Shown piece after piece: positions 49,969 through 61,979 of a stretch of 64,000 nucleotides of DNA. Location of the stretch: contig NC_045697.1 in assembly GCF_009834535.1 (NCBI RefSeq), positions 90,460,001-90,524,000 of the forward strand. The letters are read 5' to 3'. The stretch's first letter is position 1, and each line of letters begins with the position of its first letter. A model generated the notes under the pieces. The model was not told the origin of the DNA, searched no databases, and worked only from the letters and a program-made list of their open reading frames with translations. The translations under genes and the position numbers were made by a program. The stretch comes from Camelus ferus (taxonomy: Eukaryota).

Positions 49969-50869
49969 CTTCATGTTGAAGACAAAACAAAAAAAGCAGT
50001 CATAGGAGAAAGGCTTATGTTTACACACATTCTCATATTTCTCATTGTCATTTTGTCAATGACAAATACAGTGGCTTGTTTCATCAACCCTTCACTGAAT
50101 ATCAGTGTGTCCTAAGTTTGGGGCTAGATACCAGAAGCAATAAATACATCTGAAGCAGTCCCTGCTCTTGGGAAGTTTTCAGCCTAGGAGGGGAAATAGA
50201 AGAGTGTGGTGATCCAGGGAAGTAAAGAGTAGTGAAGAGTGGTCAGTAGGATTGGAAAGAGATGACATGTCATGCATGCAAGGGCATGTGGGGATCCTTC
50301 ATTCAGTCAACATTTATTGAACACTTATCTACAAGACATTGTTATATACCACGTTATCAGTTTTTGTTTCAGAAATCTTGAGTTCCACTCATACTGTTTT
50401 CTGCATCTCACGTACAAACAAGCTCATTTGCCTTTTTTTACACAATACCTTACAGATTCCTTTCACATGCCAGATACATACCTAAAAAGTTTCATGCACA
50501 TTTTTTAAAGTTATATGAATTTTAAGTACTATTTTTAATGACTGTTTGTATGACTATAACAGTAATACACTATAAAATGTCTATAAAGTACAGAAAAATA
50601 TATAACAATAATTTCACCACCAATGTATAATCTCTGTTAATAATTTGTTGTATTACACACACACATACACACATGTGCACACACATACACACTTATACAA
50701 TCCTACACTTTAAACATAGTTGGGATTATACAGAGTATATAGTTTAGTACTGTGCATTTCTCGTTTAAAGATGAAATATAAAGTATCCTAAAGGGGCAGA
50801 CAACCTTTCCATGTGATCATGTCTGCAATAACATATTTAATCTGCTTCAAGGAATTCTTTGTCACTTCT

Positions 50870-50922
50870 TTTTTTTTTTTTTCATTGAGTTATAGTCAGT
50901 TTACAGTGTTGTGTCAATCCTA
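50870..50922 (-). mobile_element. Ultra-short young L1 3' end with 9-bp TSD
   Basis: poly-T plus attgagttatagtcagtttacagtgttgtgtcaat; TSD gtcacttct at 50861-50869 and 50923-50931. Confidence 0.85.
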
Positions 50923-50962
50923 GTCACTTCTAACAAAGTAAAATATGCGTTTAGTAATTCAC

Positions 50963-51106
50963 CTGTTATAACTCTGAACTTTTCTGCAGAAGGTTTTATT
51001 AAAGCAGAATACATTTGTACAATTAAGTTAGCCTGAAAACTTCTTTTTTTCATTTGCAGTGAAGAATCCGTACAAATCTGAGACCTGTATTTTTTTTTCT
51101 GTCTTT
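50963..51106 (-). pseudogene. Candidate exon remnant: KDRKKNTGLRFVRILHCK* then stop-rich or frameshifted
   Basis: cccttttaag|AAAGAC...AACAG|gtgaat; 144 nt; A-runs are likely indel sites. Confidence 0.42.
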
Positions 51107-51651
51107 CTTAAAAGGGCACCAAGTAAAGTATATATTCCTGCCCTAATTTATGATAGTGACTGTAGCACAAAAATTTAGATATCTTTAATTAACACTTTAC
51201 AAATTTATTGGCAAAAAATTTAGAACATCATCTGGCTTAATAGAAATAAAATATCCTTGATCCAGCATATTTTGAAAATTCAGAGCAATCATTTTTGGAA
51301 CATTACTCTTTCCTATTATAAAAAGTAACGCACATTTCTCAGAGATAATTTGAAAAATATAAATGTAGAAAGAGAACAATTAGCAATAGTGTTACCACCC
51401 CAAGATATATTTTCTGACATTTTGCTAAATATCCATTTTCTCAAAAGTTATAATCACGTATTTTGTCTCCTGATTTTTTTTTTGTTGTGAAAGTTTAGAA
51501 AATCCTCCCTATAATTTAAAAGTATCACTTTGATAACATGCTATCCCTCATATAAATATAATTTAATCAATGTCTTACATTTCCAGGCTTTTTAGTGAAA
51601 GTAAACAAATTTGTGCAAAAAGCTTTTCTATATTTAGGTTTACTTCTCTGG

Positions 51652-52075
51652 GTTAATCTTTTTTAATATGTCAACCTGACTAGCCTACAATCCCCAGTTA
51701 TCCAATCAAATACTAATCTAGGTGGTGTTATGAAGGCATTTTATAGATGTGATTAAAATCGTAATCAGTTGATTTTAAGTAAAGGAAATTATCCTAGATA
51801 ATCTGGGTTGACCTCTCTCAATCAGTTGAAAGGCCTTAAATGCACAGCTGAGGCTTCCCTGGAGAAGAAATTTCTTCTGTGAACTACAGCTTCAGCTCGT
51901 GCATCCCCAAAAGTTCTAGCCTGCCCTTCCTGACAACCTGCCATTGCTGATAGCCTGCCCTGCAGAGTTCATACTTGCCCAGTCAACCCCCACCACCCAG
52001 AAGCCAGTTCCTTGAAATAAATCTCTTAATATATATCTTCTACTAATTCTGCTTCTCTGGATGAAAACTGCCAGA
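51652..52075. mobile_element. MLT2-like (ERVL) LTR
   Basis: tgtcaacctgactag...caaatactaatctaggtggtgttatgaagg...ttccttgaaataaatctct...ttctgcttctctgga. Confidence 0.85.
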
Positions 52076-52219
52076 AATAGTTACATTCACAGAAGTATAC
52101 ATACTAAGTCAAAAGGTTCACCCAGTTTAAAAGTCCACAGTACATTACTGTGGCTTTTTTCTTATAACTTTCTCCATGATTTTTAACATATTTAGATGAT
52201 GTCCTGCTTGCCAACTAAC

Positions 52220-52528
52220 CTTACACAGCCTAAAACTGAACAAGTAGCTGGAATCATGTTTGACTGAAGACGTGTTTTATAGCTAAGCTAAGAAAAACTG
52301 CACTCAGAATCAGCCAGATTGGTGGCATTTGTTCAACTTGTGTTCTAAACAAAGCGTGATCAAGACTTGGTCCAGATCCTTCCCCAAAAGAGTTGGTATT
52401 TGTTCAGAGTGTCTCAGCTAACACCTCATTATCCAGGCAACATAAGGATTTCTATGATACCACTCTCTCCATTGGACTGATTTTTTAAATGGACTGTTTC
52501 TATTTATAGTGTAATATCAAGCCTGTAC
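52220..52528 (-). pseudogene. Candidate exon remnant (phase 0>0): VQA*YYTINRNSPFKKSVQWREWYHRNPYVAWIMRC*LRHSEQIPTLLGKDLDQVLITLCLEHKLNKCHQSG*F*VQFFLA*L*NTSSVKHDSSYLFSFRLCK
   Basis: tctttttgctag|GTACAG...GTAAG|gttagt; 309 nt; stops cluster in the distal third, so a local frameshift is possible. Confidence 0.52.
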
Positions 52529-53485
52529 CTAGCAAAAAGATTTCACACACACCTAAGTGCTCATATACACATACACCACCCCAGACACATTTCACCTTTT
52601 AAATATTCCTTATTCATCTTGTCTAATATAGTCCCTATGGTTTTTCAATTATTCTTTACAATCTCTCTTTAGACATCATCTAATTTAATATATTAAGAAT
52701 TGTTTAAATGACTTTAGATTAATAAGAAAATGCTATAACAATTAAAAATAATGGCACACTGATGAAGAGTATGTAAACTGATAACTTATAAAGTCATGTG
52801 TATTATTCTTAATCTGGAAAGTTGAACAGGATAATATAACAGAAAAACTTAATCAGTTTATTGTTTTTTTCATAGAGTACATAATTGGCTTCATATTTAG
52901 ATCAGGTATGCTATTGCATATTGCTTATAGTACCTAATGACAATTATAGATTTGAGGTTAAGGCTTTTAAAAGTCTAACTATTAAAGATTGACCTCAGAT
53001 AAATAATGGAACTATTCATAGGGCGCCTTCTGTCTTCTAAAGTGAATGGTTCTGCGCATTTGAAATCATTACAAAATGAGTAAGATTCTCCATCTACATA
53101 AAATAATGAGCAGGATGAGAAATAACCTGCCAGGAGATGGTTTATAAATGTGATTCTTTCAGAATTGGAGCTTAGATAGCCTAAGGCTGGACAGAATTGA
53201 AGAAACCTAAGTGTCTTACCAAGTTAGAGATGCCTGGGGTGCACACAGATAACACTGTGTAACTGGCAGTTAGAAATTTAGACCTGGGCTGCAAAAGTAA
53301 GGTCAAAAGAAATGTGATTATTTATAACATGTCCGCATAAAGTAAAGTGGACATGTTTTAGTGTTCGAGTCCCTAAAGTCATGATCTGCAAACATCGGCA
53401 AATGTGCTGAATGAATGAATTCATCTTTTTTCCCTCTGATAAGCAGTTCGAGTTGCAAATAATAGTTGGTATAGAAATCCCTTAC

Positions 53486-53547
53486 CACTAAGGATGCTTT
53501 CCACTGAGTTCTCCCCATTCTGACACACTTTGTCGCCTACATGGATT
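53486..53547 (-). pseudogene. Candidate exon remnant (phase 1>0): SM*ATKCVRMGRTQWKASLV
   Basis: Textbook sites tctttttttccag| and GTG|gtaagg; 62 nt. Confidence 0.6.
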
Positions 53548-54015
53548 CTGGAAAAAAAGAATCAGAGGAGGAAACTTTGGAAAGAGGGTGTCCTGTAAAA
53601 TTAGTTCCATTTGGTGAAGAATGTCACTAGTTCCAGAGCTTGACAAAATTCCTTAGGATCATCTGATGGCTCATATTCATGCTATAATCATCTAGGTCTG
53701 ATCTCAACTTGACCTAGAACACTTTTCTGTTGAGAAGAGAATAAGGTTACCAGTCAATACCAGAATTTCTGCTCTCTCAGAAGTTATATTCTTCAGTATA
53801 AATAGCTTTCTACTTATAACTTTGATTGAAATCTAGAGGTTTCACAAGCTCCCCACAGGTGACGTAAGGAACTCAATATACACTTGAGGGCTAGGCCCTG
53901 GACCTGTGGAAAGATGGGAACTTCATCTTATTCACGCACATATCCCCATGATAGGTGCTCAATAACTAATGAAGGAATGAAGGAAAGGAGGGAAGGAGGG
54001 GAGACTTGTGATGAC

Positions 54016-54078
54016 CTTTGAATTCTGGCAGCTTTTCAATGTCTTTCAATAGCTTAAAGTTCTCTGACTCCTTCTCAG
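54016..54078 (-). pseudogene. Candidate exon remnant (phase 1>1): EKESENFKLLKDIEKLPEFK
   Basis: ttttgctgcag|CTGAG...CAAAG|gtcatc; 63 nt, open frame. Confidence 0.6.
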
Positions 54079-55359
54079 CTGCAGCAAAATGCCACATTTA
54101 CCAGTTGATAAATATATCACCATTAAATATTATACAAAATAGCTGTATATTAAGTGGGACAGTGGGAGAAAGAGAGGGAGAAATTGTTTCAGGACCAAGA
54201 AATAAAAGTTACTACTCTGACATTTGAGTCAGAATTCTTCATGCAAGCGCACTTAGAAAGTGAGAATCATAGCGAAACCAGTTATATTGCACTTGAATCA
54301 TCATATAATTTATAAAAATATCCGCTTTATTATGTTGAACAGATAGTCAAAATTAAGTTTCAAGCAATAAGAAACTAATCTTGTGTGAGATAAACATATA
54401 ACTCATCTTCAGAATGGTTGTACATTTGCAATGGAGCAATAAGGAAATGACTGAAAGCCACACACAACTAGACACCATTCTCTAATAAAGCAACTTTGTA
54501 CATGGAAATAAGTGGACAATCTGTATGGGGACCTGGGACTTATGTAATTTCCCAAGTTCTAGAAATAAGTAATATATTTTAATGGCCAATATTTTTAAAA
54601 TCCCAGATGCTATTTTGATGATAAAAATGGATTCCAGATCACACCACTAACATATAGTATGTGTGTTACAAGGATTAATTTAATTGAAGTATTATCCCCC
54701 TGATGGTTCTGATTTACATACAGACTTTTAGCTAAAAGTTGCACAGAACATTAAATACTCATTGACCTTAAAGAATAATTCACTAAGTGTATGGATTTTG
54801 CATAATAAATTATCATAAGTGAATCAATAGGAAAACAAATCAAGTAGCATATGGTTAAATACTCTGGCTTCTGTTTATTCCATTTTCCAAATAAATGAAA
54901 TCTCATTTCTTTGTCAGTATCTATTTTTAATTTGTTAACTATTTCTTTCAAAACTTATTATTTATTTTATTCACTTTGTATTGTCCAAATATAGAATTTA
55001 TTTTATATACATTATTCTATATAGGACATTTTTCTATACACAGTCTCTAAATTCACTTGTTAAAAATTAAAATAACTAGAGAAGAAAAAGAATATAAATA
55101 TTTCAAAAACCTAAAAAAATTAAAAGCTATATTAAGGGCACTCAAATTTCAATGACAACTAAAGTCTGAACTAATAGGACATATTATTTATGATTAATGC
55201 AGTTTTTTGAATGATAGTTTTTTTATTTGAAAAATTATCAAAAATCCCTTAGAACTTTTCTAAATCTGATTCTTTATTCCTCAGGTGTCAAGATGTCTGC
55301 TACAGATTTTAGCTCCAAAGCTTTCCTAGTTTTAGGCTATACTAAGATTTTCATTTTTC

Positions 55360-55545
55360 ATCCTGGCTCTGCTACTTACTCACTGTTTGACTTTAGGCTA
55401 TTCAGTGCCTCAGTTTTCTCATTTATGAAATGGAAATAGCAACTCCTACCTCATAGGGTGGTTGTGAGGATGTGAAGAAACGTATTCATAAAATGCCTGG
55501 CACAGGGCTTGGCCCACTGTAAGCAGCCAGTACATGGTGGCAGCT
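55360..55545 (+). mobile_element. MIR
   Basis: tcctggctctgctacttact...gcctcagttttctcatttatgaaatggaaatag..cctacctcatagggtggttgtgaggat. Confidence 0.85.
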
Positions 55546-55874
55546 GCAGTGGGGGTGGAGTTGATGGTGGTGTTGGCTGTTGATTGCCCACACAAGAAAG
55601 CATAGAAGGTCTTTCCTGGGCTTCACTAATTGAATGTGGGAGTAGGCTTTCAGTGGTGGTTTGCTGCCGCCGGCTTGGTCTGGCTTGGAGTGTCCATTGT
55701 TAAATATTCATTAATTTTTTGAGGTTGGCAGTTGTGTAAGCATCACCATGGAAATTGGCAAATTCCACACCAGGGTTTCCTGCCTCTCTCTGTACTTCCC
55801 CAGCAAGTTTGCCTGCACATCACCAGCTCTCAGCCTTGTTTTATGGAGTTTATTTATTAAAAAACTTCTCTAAC

Positions 55875-56065
55875 CTCAGATTGTTCTAATGGCTACAGAT
55901 TTCAATAGATCCTTTATTGTACATGATTTAAGCTTAATTTGTGGTTTACCACAAGTGAAAACTAAAGGTAAACCCTGCTTTTCAATATTCTGCTCTGCTG
56001 CTTCAGGCTTCTTTTCGTTTCTCAAAGTCTTTACTCTCTATTTCATGATTTTCTGTACCAGGAAT
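55875..56065 (-). pseudogene. Candidate exon remnant (phase 2>1): FLVQKIMK*RVKTLRNEKKPEAAEQNIEKQGLPLVFTCGKPQIKLKSCTIKDLLKSVAIRTI*
   Basis: cctatag|ATTCCTG...TGAG|gttaga; 191 nt, 2 stops in 63 codons; phases match both neighbours. Confidence 0.62.
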
Positions 56066-56134
56066 CTATAGGTTGGCACTCAAGGAAGCAGAAGGGAAAA
56101 GAAAAAATAAACAAAAAACCCTCTGCAACAATTT

Positions 56135-56585
56135 TTTTCACCCTGTATCTCTATACACATATACTATGGCAAAGACAATACTTTGTGTACATCAAACTAT
56201 TTGCATTTTCCTCCTGGACACACAGGAAGGTTACAAGTCCCAGCCCTCTGGTATCAGGGTGGGCCCACATGACTAGTTCTTGCCTAAGGAATGTGAGTAG
56301 AAGTGATGTATGCCATTTCTAAATCTGGTCCTTAAAGTTCTCACACATCTTTCTCTCTCCCTCAATCTCTCCCTCTCTGTCTCTCTCTGTTTCCCCAGGT
56401 ACTAGCCTGGGCATAAGGACTCCAAAATGGCAGATTCACACAAAAATATCTTAGATAATTGATGCACCTCTGAGAAAGAGAGTTGTCCAAAGAGGATGCC
56501 TGAGTTGTCCCCAACACGAGTGAAAATAAACCTACACTGTGCTTTGTCACTGAGAGCTCAAAGACATCTTATTACAACAAAAATA
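56135..56585. mobile_element. MaLR (MLT1-like) LTR
   Basis: catgactagttcttgcctaaggaatgtgagtagaagtgatgtatgccatttct...aaataaacct..actgtg. Confidence 0.7.
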
Positions 56586-57268
56586 AACTCATAAATATTA
56601 TCGTCCCTCCCTGTTTTTATACAAAGTCTTCAGAAAGAGGGGGAGGGCAGGAGGCCTATATACAGGGAGGCTCACACTAGTGATTTTTCTGTTCTCTATA
56701 CTTGGCTTTTGTTTTAAGAACATTCAGTAGAATAAGTTTAATGCATAGTTTTTGTAGACAAATCTAGGAGAATAAAAGTAGGAATTATTTCAAAGTCTTG
56801 AAATACACTGTTTTTGAAGGAAATGTGGAGCTAAATACCTTTTATAAGATCCTTTCAGTTTTAGTAAGTCAAGCAGTGTTTTTGTTAATTAAACATTGTA
56901 TATATTAGACTAAAACAACATTTAGATAAATAAAATATATACTATTGGAATATCTTATGAGCTATGTTTACATGTTAGGTGACATTAACATAGACCCTGG
57001 TATAATGGATAGGTCAAGTGCCTTTAAACTCATTTTGTATAGTTTATTAAAAATGCATTATGAATTTCTGAAGAAGTTATTTAACTGAGAATCAGAAAAA
57101 TCGCATCTTAATCTCTGCTTTGCCATTCACCTGCTATTAAAAACTTCAGAAGTCATTTACCCTCTCTGAATCTCAGTTCTTCATCTAATAAACTGAGAAA
57201 GTTTGAAATAGATGATTCTGTGTGACCCTTCTTAACCTCAAAAAGCTATATAACCAATAGTATATTTA

Positions 57269-57367
57269 TGTCACCAAACTCAGGTTTGGCTGCTCATTGC
57301 TCAAAAGCCAGTAAGTGAGGGGTGAGTGTTGGTAGAAAGTTTCTTTACTCAGAAAAGCCAATAATCT
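57269..57367. mobile_element. Truncated ERV LTR end fused to an L1 fragment
   Basis: tgtcaccaaactcaggtttggctgctc..tgctcaaaagcca...gtgttggtagaaag..ctttactcagaaaagcca resembles an LTR terminus. Confidence 0.5.
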
Positions 57368-58146
57368 GTTGTTAGTGTAAAGAAACGCAACTGATTTTTC
57401 TGTTAATCTTGTATTTTGCTACCTTGTTGAATCCTTTTATCAGCTCTAGTAGTTTTTGTGTGGAGCTTTTAGGGTATTCTGTATACAGTATCATGTCATC
57501 CATGTATAGTGACAGTTTTACCTCTTATCTTCCAATTTGGATCCATTTTACTTCTTTTTCTTGCCTGATTGCTGTGGCTAAGACTTCCAAGACTATGTTG
57601 AATAGAAGTGGTGAGAGTGGGCATCCTTGTCTTGTTCCAGATTTTAGAGGGAAGGCTTTTAGAGGGAAGTTTTCCACCATTGAGTACTATGCTGGCTGTG
57701 GGTTTGTCATAAATAGCGTTTATTATGTTGAGATATCTTCCCTCTATACCCACTTTGGTAAGAGTTTTTATCATAAATGGGTGTTGAATTTTATCAAATG
57801 CTTTTTCTGCATCTATTGAGATGATTCATGTGCTTTTTGTCTTTTCTTTTGTGGATGTGGTGTATCACATTGATTGATTTGTGTATGTTGAACCATCCTT
57901 GTGTCTCTGGGATGAATCCAACTTGATCATGGTGTATGATCTTTTTTATGTGCTGTTGGATTCTGTTTGCTAATATTTTGTTGAGGATCTTTGTGTCTAT
58001 GTTCATGAGTGATACTGGCCTGTAATTTTCTTTTGTGGTAGTGTCTTTGTCTGGTTTTGGTATCAGGGTGATGGCTTCATAGAATGAGTTTGGGAGTATT
58101 CCCTCCTTTTCAATCTTTTGGAAGAGTTTGAGAAGGACCCGTATGA
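57368..58146 (-). mobile_element. Internal L1 ORF2 (reverse transcriptase) fragment, relatively young
   Basis: Track peptides [33 protein letters not shown] and [33 protein letters not shown]; frameshifted; no 3' UTR or poly-A. Confidence 0.95.
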
Positions 58147-58213
58147 ATAAAGTTGAAAAATCTACTCTTACAGTTCTGTAATTTTTCCCTTATTTGACAT
58201 AATTTTCTCTCAC

Positions 58214-58312
58214 TTTTCCCTTTCTTGTTTCTCAGATGCTCAGATATTCTCCCACCTTCTGATGTACCCAGCCACTATTCATCAGCTTAGACTGTCATTT
58301 CTCAGGAAAGCA
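58214..58312 (-). pseudogene. Candidate exon remnant (phase 2>2): AFLRNDSLS**IVAGYIRRWENI*ASEKQERE
   Basis: Strong acceptor cccctccctttttgttttag|, donor GGAAAA|gtgaga; 99 nt; three TGA stops, compatible with CGA>TGA decay. Confidence 0.55.
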
Positions 58313-59784
58313 CTAAAACAAAAAGGGAGGGGAAAAAATCACAAAATGAGTCATCCCCATTTTTACAGATGAAAACACTGAGCTGAAAAATATCAAAGTC
58401 AGAATCCAAACCCCCAAAAGACAACTTCTTGCAGTTAAACAGCACTTTATACTTTTTAAAGGATTTCATATGTATTATTTCAATTTACTTAACTTTCATT
58501 AGATTCTTCCTTGATCTGAAAAAGTGGGTTTCTAAAGGCAGGGGTGGGATATGTTAAGATTCTTGTTTATGATACTTGGATTAAACTTTTTTCACATATA
58601 AATACAAAACTTAAGGGTAAAAATACTAAGAAAATGTTTGTTTTCTTGAATTTTATTAAGCCATGCAGTTTTATAAAGTTACCTGTTTATAAAATTGTTG
58701 GTATGATTTTACATATTGTGGTCTTAAATCAAGCAAATAAATATTTAGCCATGTGTCCAGTCTAAAATAAACCTCTCCAGGTGAAACTGAGGTTAAAAGA
58801 AATTGTTGCTTATTTCAGTCATCTCCATAATAAAACTTTGTTAGGATTTGTAATTAGACAAAAATTATTTGAGCACATTTTGCTGTGGTATGGAGGATGT
58901 GCCCAATTAAAAGAGGTGAATTTGTAAATGAGTATGTTAAATTGTATAGGGAGAAAGAGAACAGGTAAGTATAATAAAAAAGATTGAAGTGGAAATAAAA
59001 GTGGGGTAATTTCAGTGATATTTTATGATAAAATGGCAACGGTAATATTTAGATTCATTTAACTCATTTATGTTACTTCTACATGATAATTTATTTTTGT
59101 ATTTTAAAATTCCTCGTGCATTTAAAAGGTTAGTTTAAAGTTATGTCAGTTTTGTTTTTCTACACTAGAAATTCTAAAACCTTGATATTTTGTATTATTT
59201 GTTGATACAATATTTAAAATTATGTTATATGTTAAGAGAAATTGAATCACATTAAAAATTATTTAAAGATTTGTTTATATTATAGCCTCAGTGTATATAG
59301 GGTATTCTTGTGCCCTGCAGCCCACTCATCCATTTTTTGTTTATTTTTTATAGTATTAGTATTCAGTGATATGCCGACATATTTTAGGAAATGAAAACTT
59401 TCATATTTTATTTCTCAAGCATACGAACAAATTGCATTGGAAAGTCTAAAAACAAAATACACAAATGTGTTTGAATAGAGCAATGAATGCCCTCTAGTGT
59501 TTCTTGCTAGAATATCAGTTTTAATGATGGAAAATTGAATATGTAAATTATATTTTCATAACTATTTAAAAAGTAAGCTCATAAACAGTAGACTCTGAAT
59601 GTGTCTGTTTTAAATGTTACCAAAAAAGTGGAGTAGCAAGGCATTTGGTTAAATACTGTTTTCCTAAATAATAGATATTATTGTTATGTATACACAAAGG
59701 TGACAGAAATCAAAGCTGTTAAGAGTTTTTCAGATATGGGGTAGCTGACACCCCTGAAACACACATCTGTCTTCTTAGTACTAC

Positions 59785-59982
59785 CTTTCTAGCAAACTCC
59801 AAACTAAAGCAGTTACAGGAAGCATTCTTCAAGCATCGATATACAAGTAATTTGTCCCTAAAACCACACTTGTTCCCTGTCTGTTGATATGCATGTGCAG
59901 AGCTTCTCTCTCTGGAAGATGAACTATTATTTCCATGGGCATCTTCTGCCTCTGTTCAGGTCCCCCATTGGTAGTAGCCATG
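59785..59982 (-). pseudogene. Candidate exon remnant (phase 2>2): MATTNGGPEQRQKMPMEIIVHLPEREALHMHINRQGTSVVLGTNYLYIDA*RMLPVTALVWSLLE
   Basis: Polypyrimidine tract ctttctattttcac| (acceptor reads cac, presumed mutated cag), donor GAAAG|gtagta; 1 TGA in 65 codons. Confidence 0.6.
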
Positions 59983-61289
59983 GTGAAAATAGAAAGCAGT
60001 AAAGGAACACAATTTAGCTGGATGTATCAAAACTGTGATTTTCCATTTCCTTCCCTTAACTTTATACAGTGGCAATCATACCGAGAATAAAAAATGCCAG
60101 TGCCTCGGTGGTCAAGAACCAGTGCCTGGTCTATCTAATGCAGCACTTGCCGAGAGAGAAGCAAGGATATTTAAAAGCATGTTGGTGAGTATCTGACTTA
60201 ACATATTACTGTGTTATCATCTCAGGAACTATGGGAAATGATTATAATTATCCTAAACAGAAAAAAAATGCGTTGGAAAATATTTGAGTTGAATACATCA
60301 AGTAGTGGATATTTGTTATTTTTTTCCCTGCCCAGTATCCTTTCACCTTCTTTTAGGGCACCACCCTTCTCCTAGTGCATTGAACTGGTATTGCATGGAG
60401 GGTATTTTACCTACTCAAGACCGAGGGGTGAGCACAGAGTGCAACCTTGGGCAGACTTTGAGGAATATGAATCTTGGGCAGAGTGAAGGTTGAAAAGTTG
60501 TTCCCTAGATCCCCAGAGCTGCCTGTTCCTGCACATCCCAAGGCATAGATATTCAAGTAGGATACTAGTTATTTTAGTATTTTCTTTCTTTGCTTAAGGT
60601 AACCAGAAAAGGGTGCCGAACTGAACTACTTTATAACAGCAATGTTACACTTATCACATTTGCAGTTGCATAAAACATGAAGAACGAAGTTAAATTATGT
60701 TGTGCTTTAATTATAAATAAATAATTTGTGGACAATATTTCTATAAGAGAATACCATTGTCAGCTTTAGAGTAGAATTTGCAGAGATAAGTTATATCATT
60801 AATGTACTTTCATAAAAACCTCCAAAAGAGCGCAATTTTTAAAAGTACTAGAGCAAAAATATTTTTTACTGCTCTCATTTACAAATAAATAAAAATGTTT
60901 TCTTACATGCTTTACTTTCATTGTCGAGTAGGTATAAATAGGTCTTCCTTCCACCAAGACCACCCAGAATTTTACTTCTCTATTCATCCAAATCTTTCAT
61001 TCAGTTTAAATTTACACTCACTTTTGTTTCCGTTTTTAATCTTTCAAAGGGTAGTTAAATGATAAAATCTTTTTCTTTATTATTAAATAATTTACATATT
61101 TTATGTGAAAGATACAAAGTAAGATAAGGCCAATTTTCTTTATGTAAAAGTTTTATTTAAGAAATGTCTTAGCATGAACTATGAAATCCATTGCTCCTGT
61201 AAGAGGTCAGAGCACTCATTTGCCTTCTTTAACAGGTAATTTCATTTGAAATACAACTAAACAATGACAATATAACCTTAATATGCTAT

Positions 61290-61500
61290 ATACTTTAGTT
61301 AATAGTAAGTTTTTATGTGGATTATTTCATTTAACCCGAATGACTGTGTGAAAGAGTCAAAGATTTGTACTCACATCCTAGCAGATAAGGAAACTGAGGC
61401 TAAAAGAGGGTAAGTGGCTTACCCAAGGTCTTGAAGGTAGCGAAGCCAACTCAAATGCAGATATTCTGTCTTCCAGGCTATGGTTCTTTCCACTATACCA
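61290..61500 (-). mobile_element. MIR
   Basis: cagataaggaaactgaggctaaaagaggtaagtggcttacccaaggtc. Confidence 0.8.
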
Positions 61501-61545
61501 CACTATAAAGTAGTGTGAAGTTTTATTTTCCTAGAGTTGTATTAC

Positions 61546-61782
61546 CTCTTAGTGTAAGTATCACTGAGATGGAAGTAAACCAATAACATGGCTGTGGCAC
61601 AAGACCCCTGGGCAGTTTCCAGGACTTGTAAGTTACTGGGGCTTACTGCCTTGCTATCAGGAACTGCAAAGTGTCTTTTGCTCCACTGCACTGATTACTC
61701 TCTAGAATATTCCAATAATGTATATCCCATTTCAATGATAAAGCCAAACAAATCTGAATCTACATTTGAATCATCACCAGTA
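61546..61782 (-). pseudogene. Candidate exon remnant (phase 2>2): TGDDSNVDSDLFGFIIEMGYTLLEYSRE*SVQWSKRHFAVPDSKAVSPSNLQVLETAQGSCATAMLLVYFHLSDTYTK
   Basis: attaag|TACTGG...AAGAG|gtaata; 237 nt, 1 stop in 78 codons; an internal alternative donor gtaagc also exists. Confidence 0.55.
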
Positions 61783-61979
61783 CTTAATATTGAAATGTAA
61801 TACTAAACTAAATTTATTGTGTGTGTACAAAGATGACACTAAAGCCCCTCCTTCCATACATTAAAAAAAAAAAAACTATGGAGGTATTTTTCTAGAAGAG
61901 GCATTGGATTTTCCTTGATTCATCATCATCTTGCCCAAATGCCCTTTTGATTGGTACAAACATAAGATGGTTAACTAAC

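Noticed and set aside
57409..58006. Reverse-transcriptase ORFs as a novel RT system
   Set aside because: Ordinary frameshifted LINE-1 ORF2 fragments; the same applies to ORFs at 23822, 33896-34794 and 42987-43294.
59976..59985. Strong Kozak ATG (accATGG, minus strand) as the gene start
   Set aside because: It follows a polypyrimidine tract, and an upstream phase-compatible exon exists at 61546-61782. It is more likely an internal Met after a mutated acceptor.
60100..60190. Plus-strand donor gttg|gtgagt as the first exon of a divergent transcript
   Set aside because: A single motif with no CpG island or downstream exon support.
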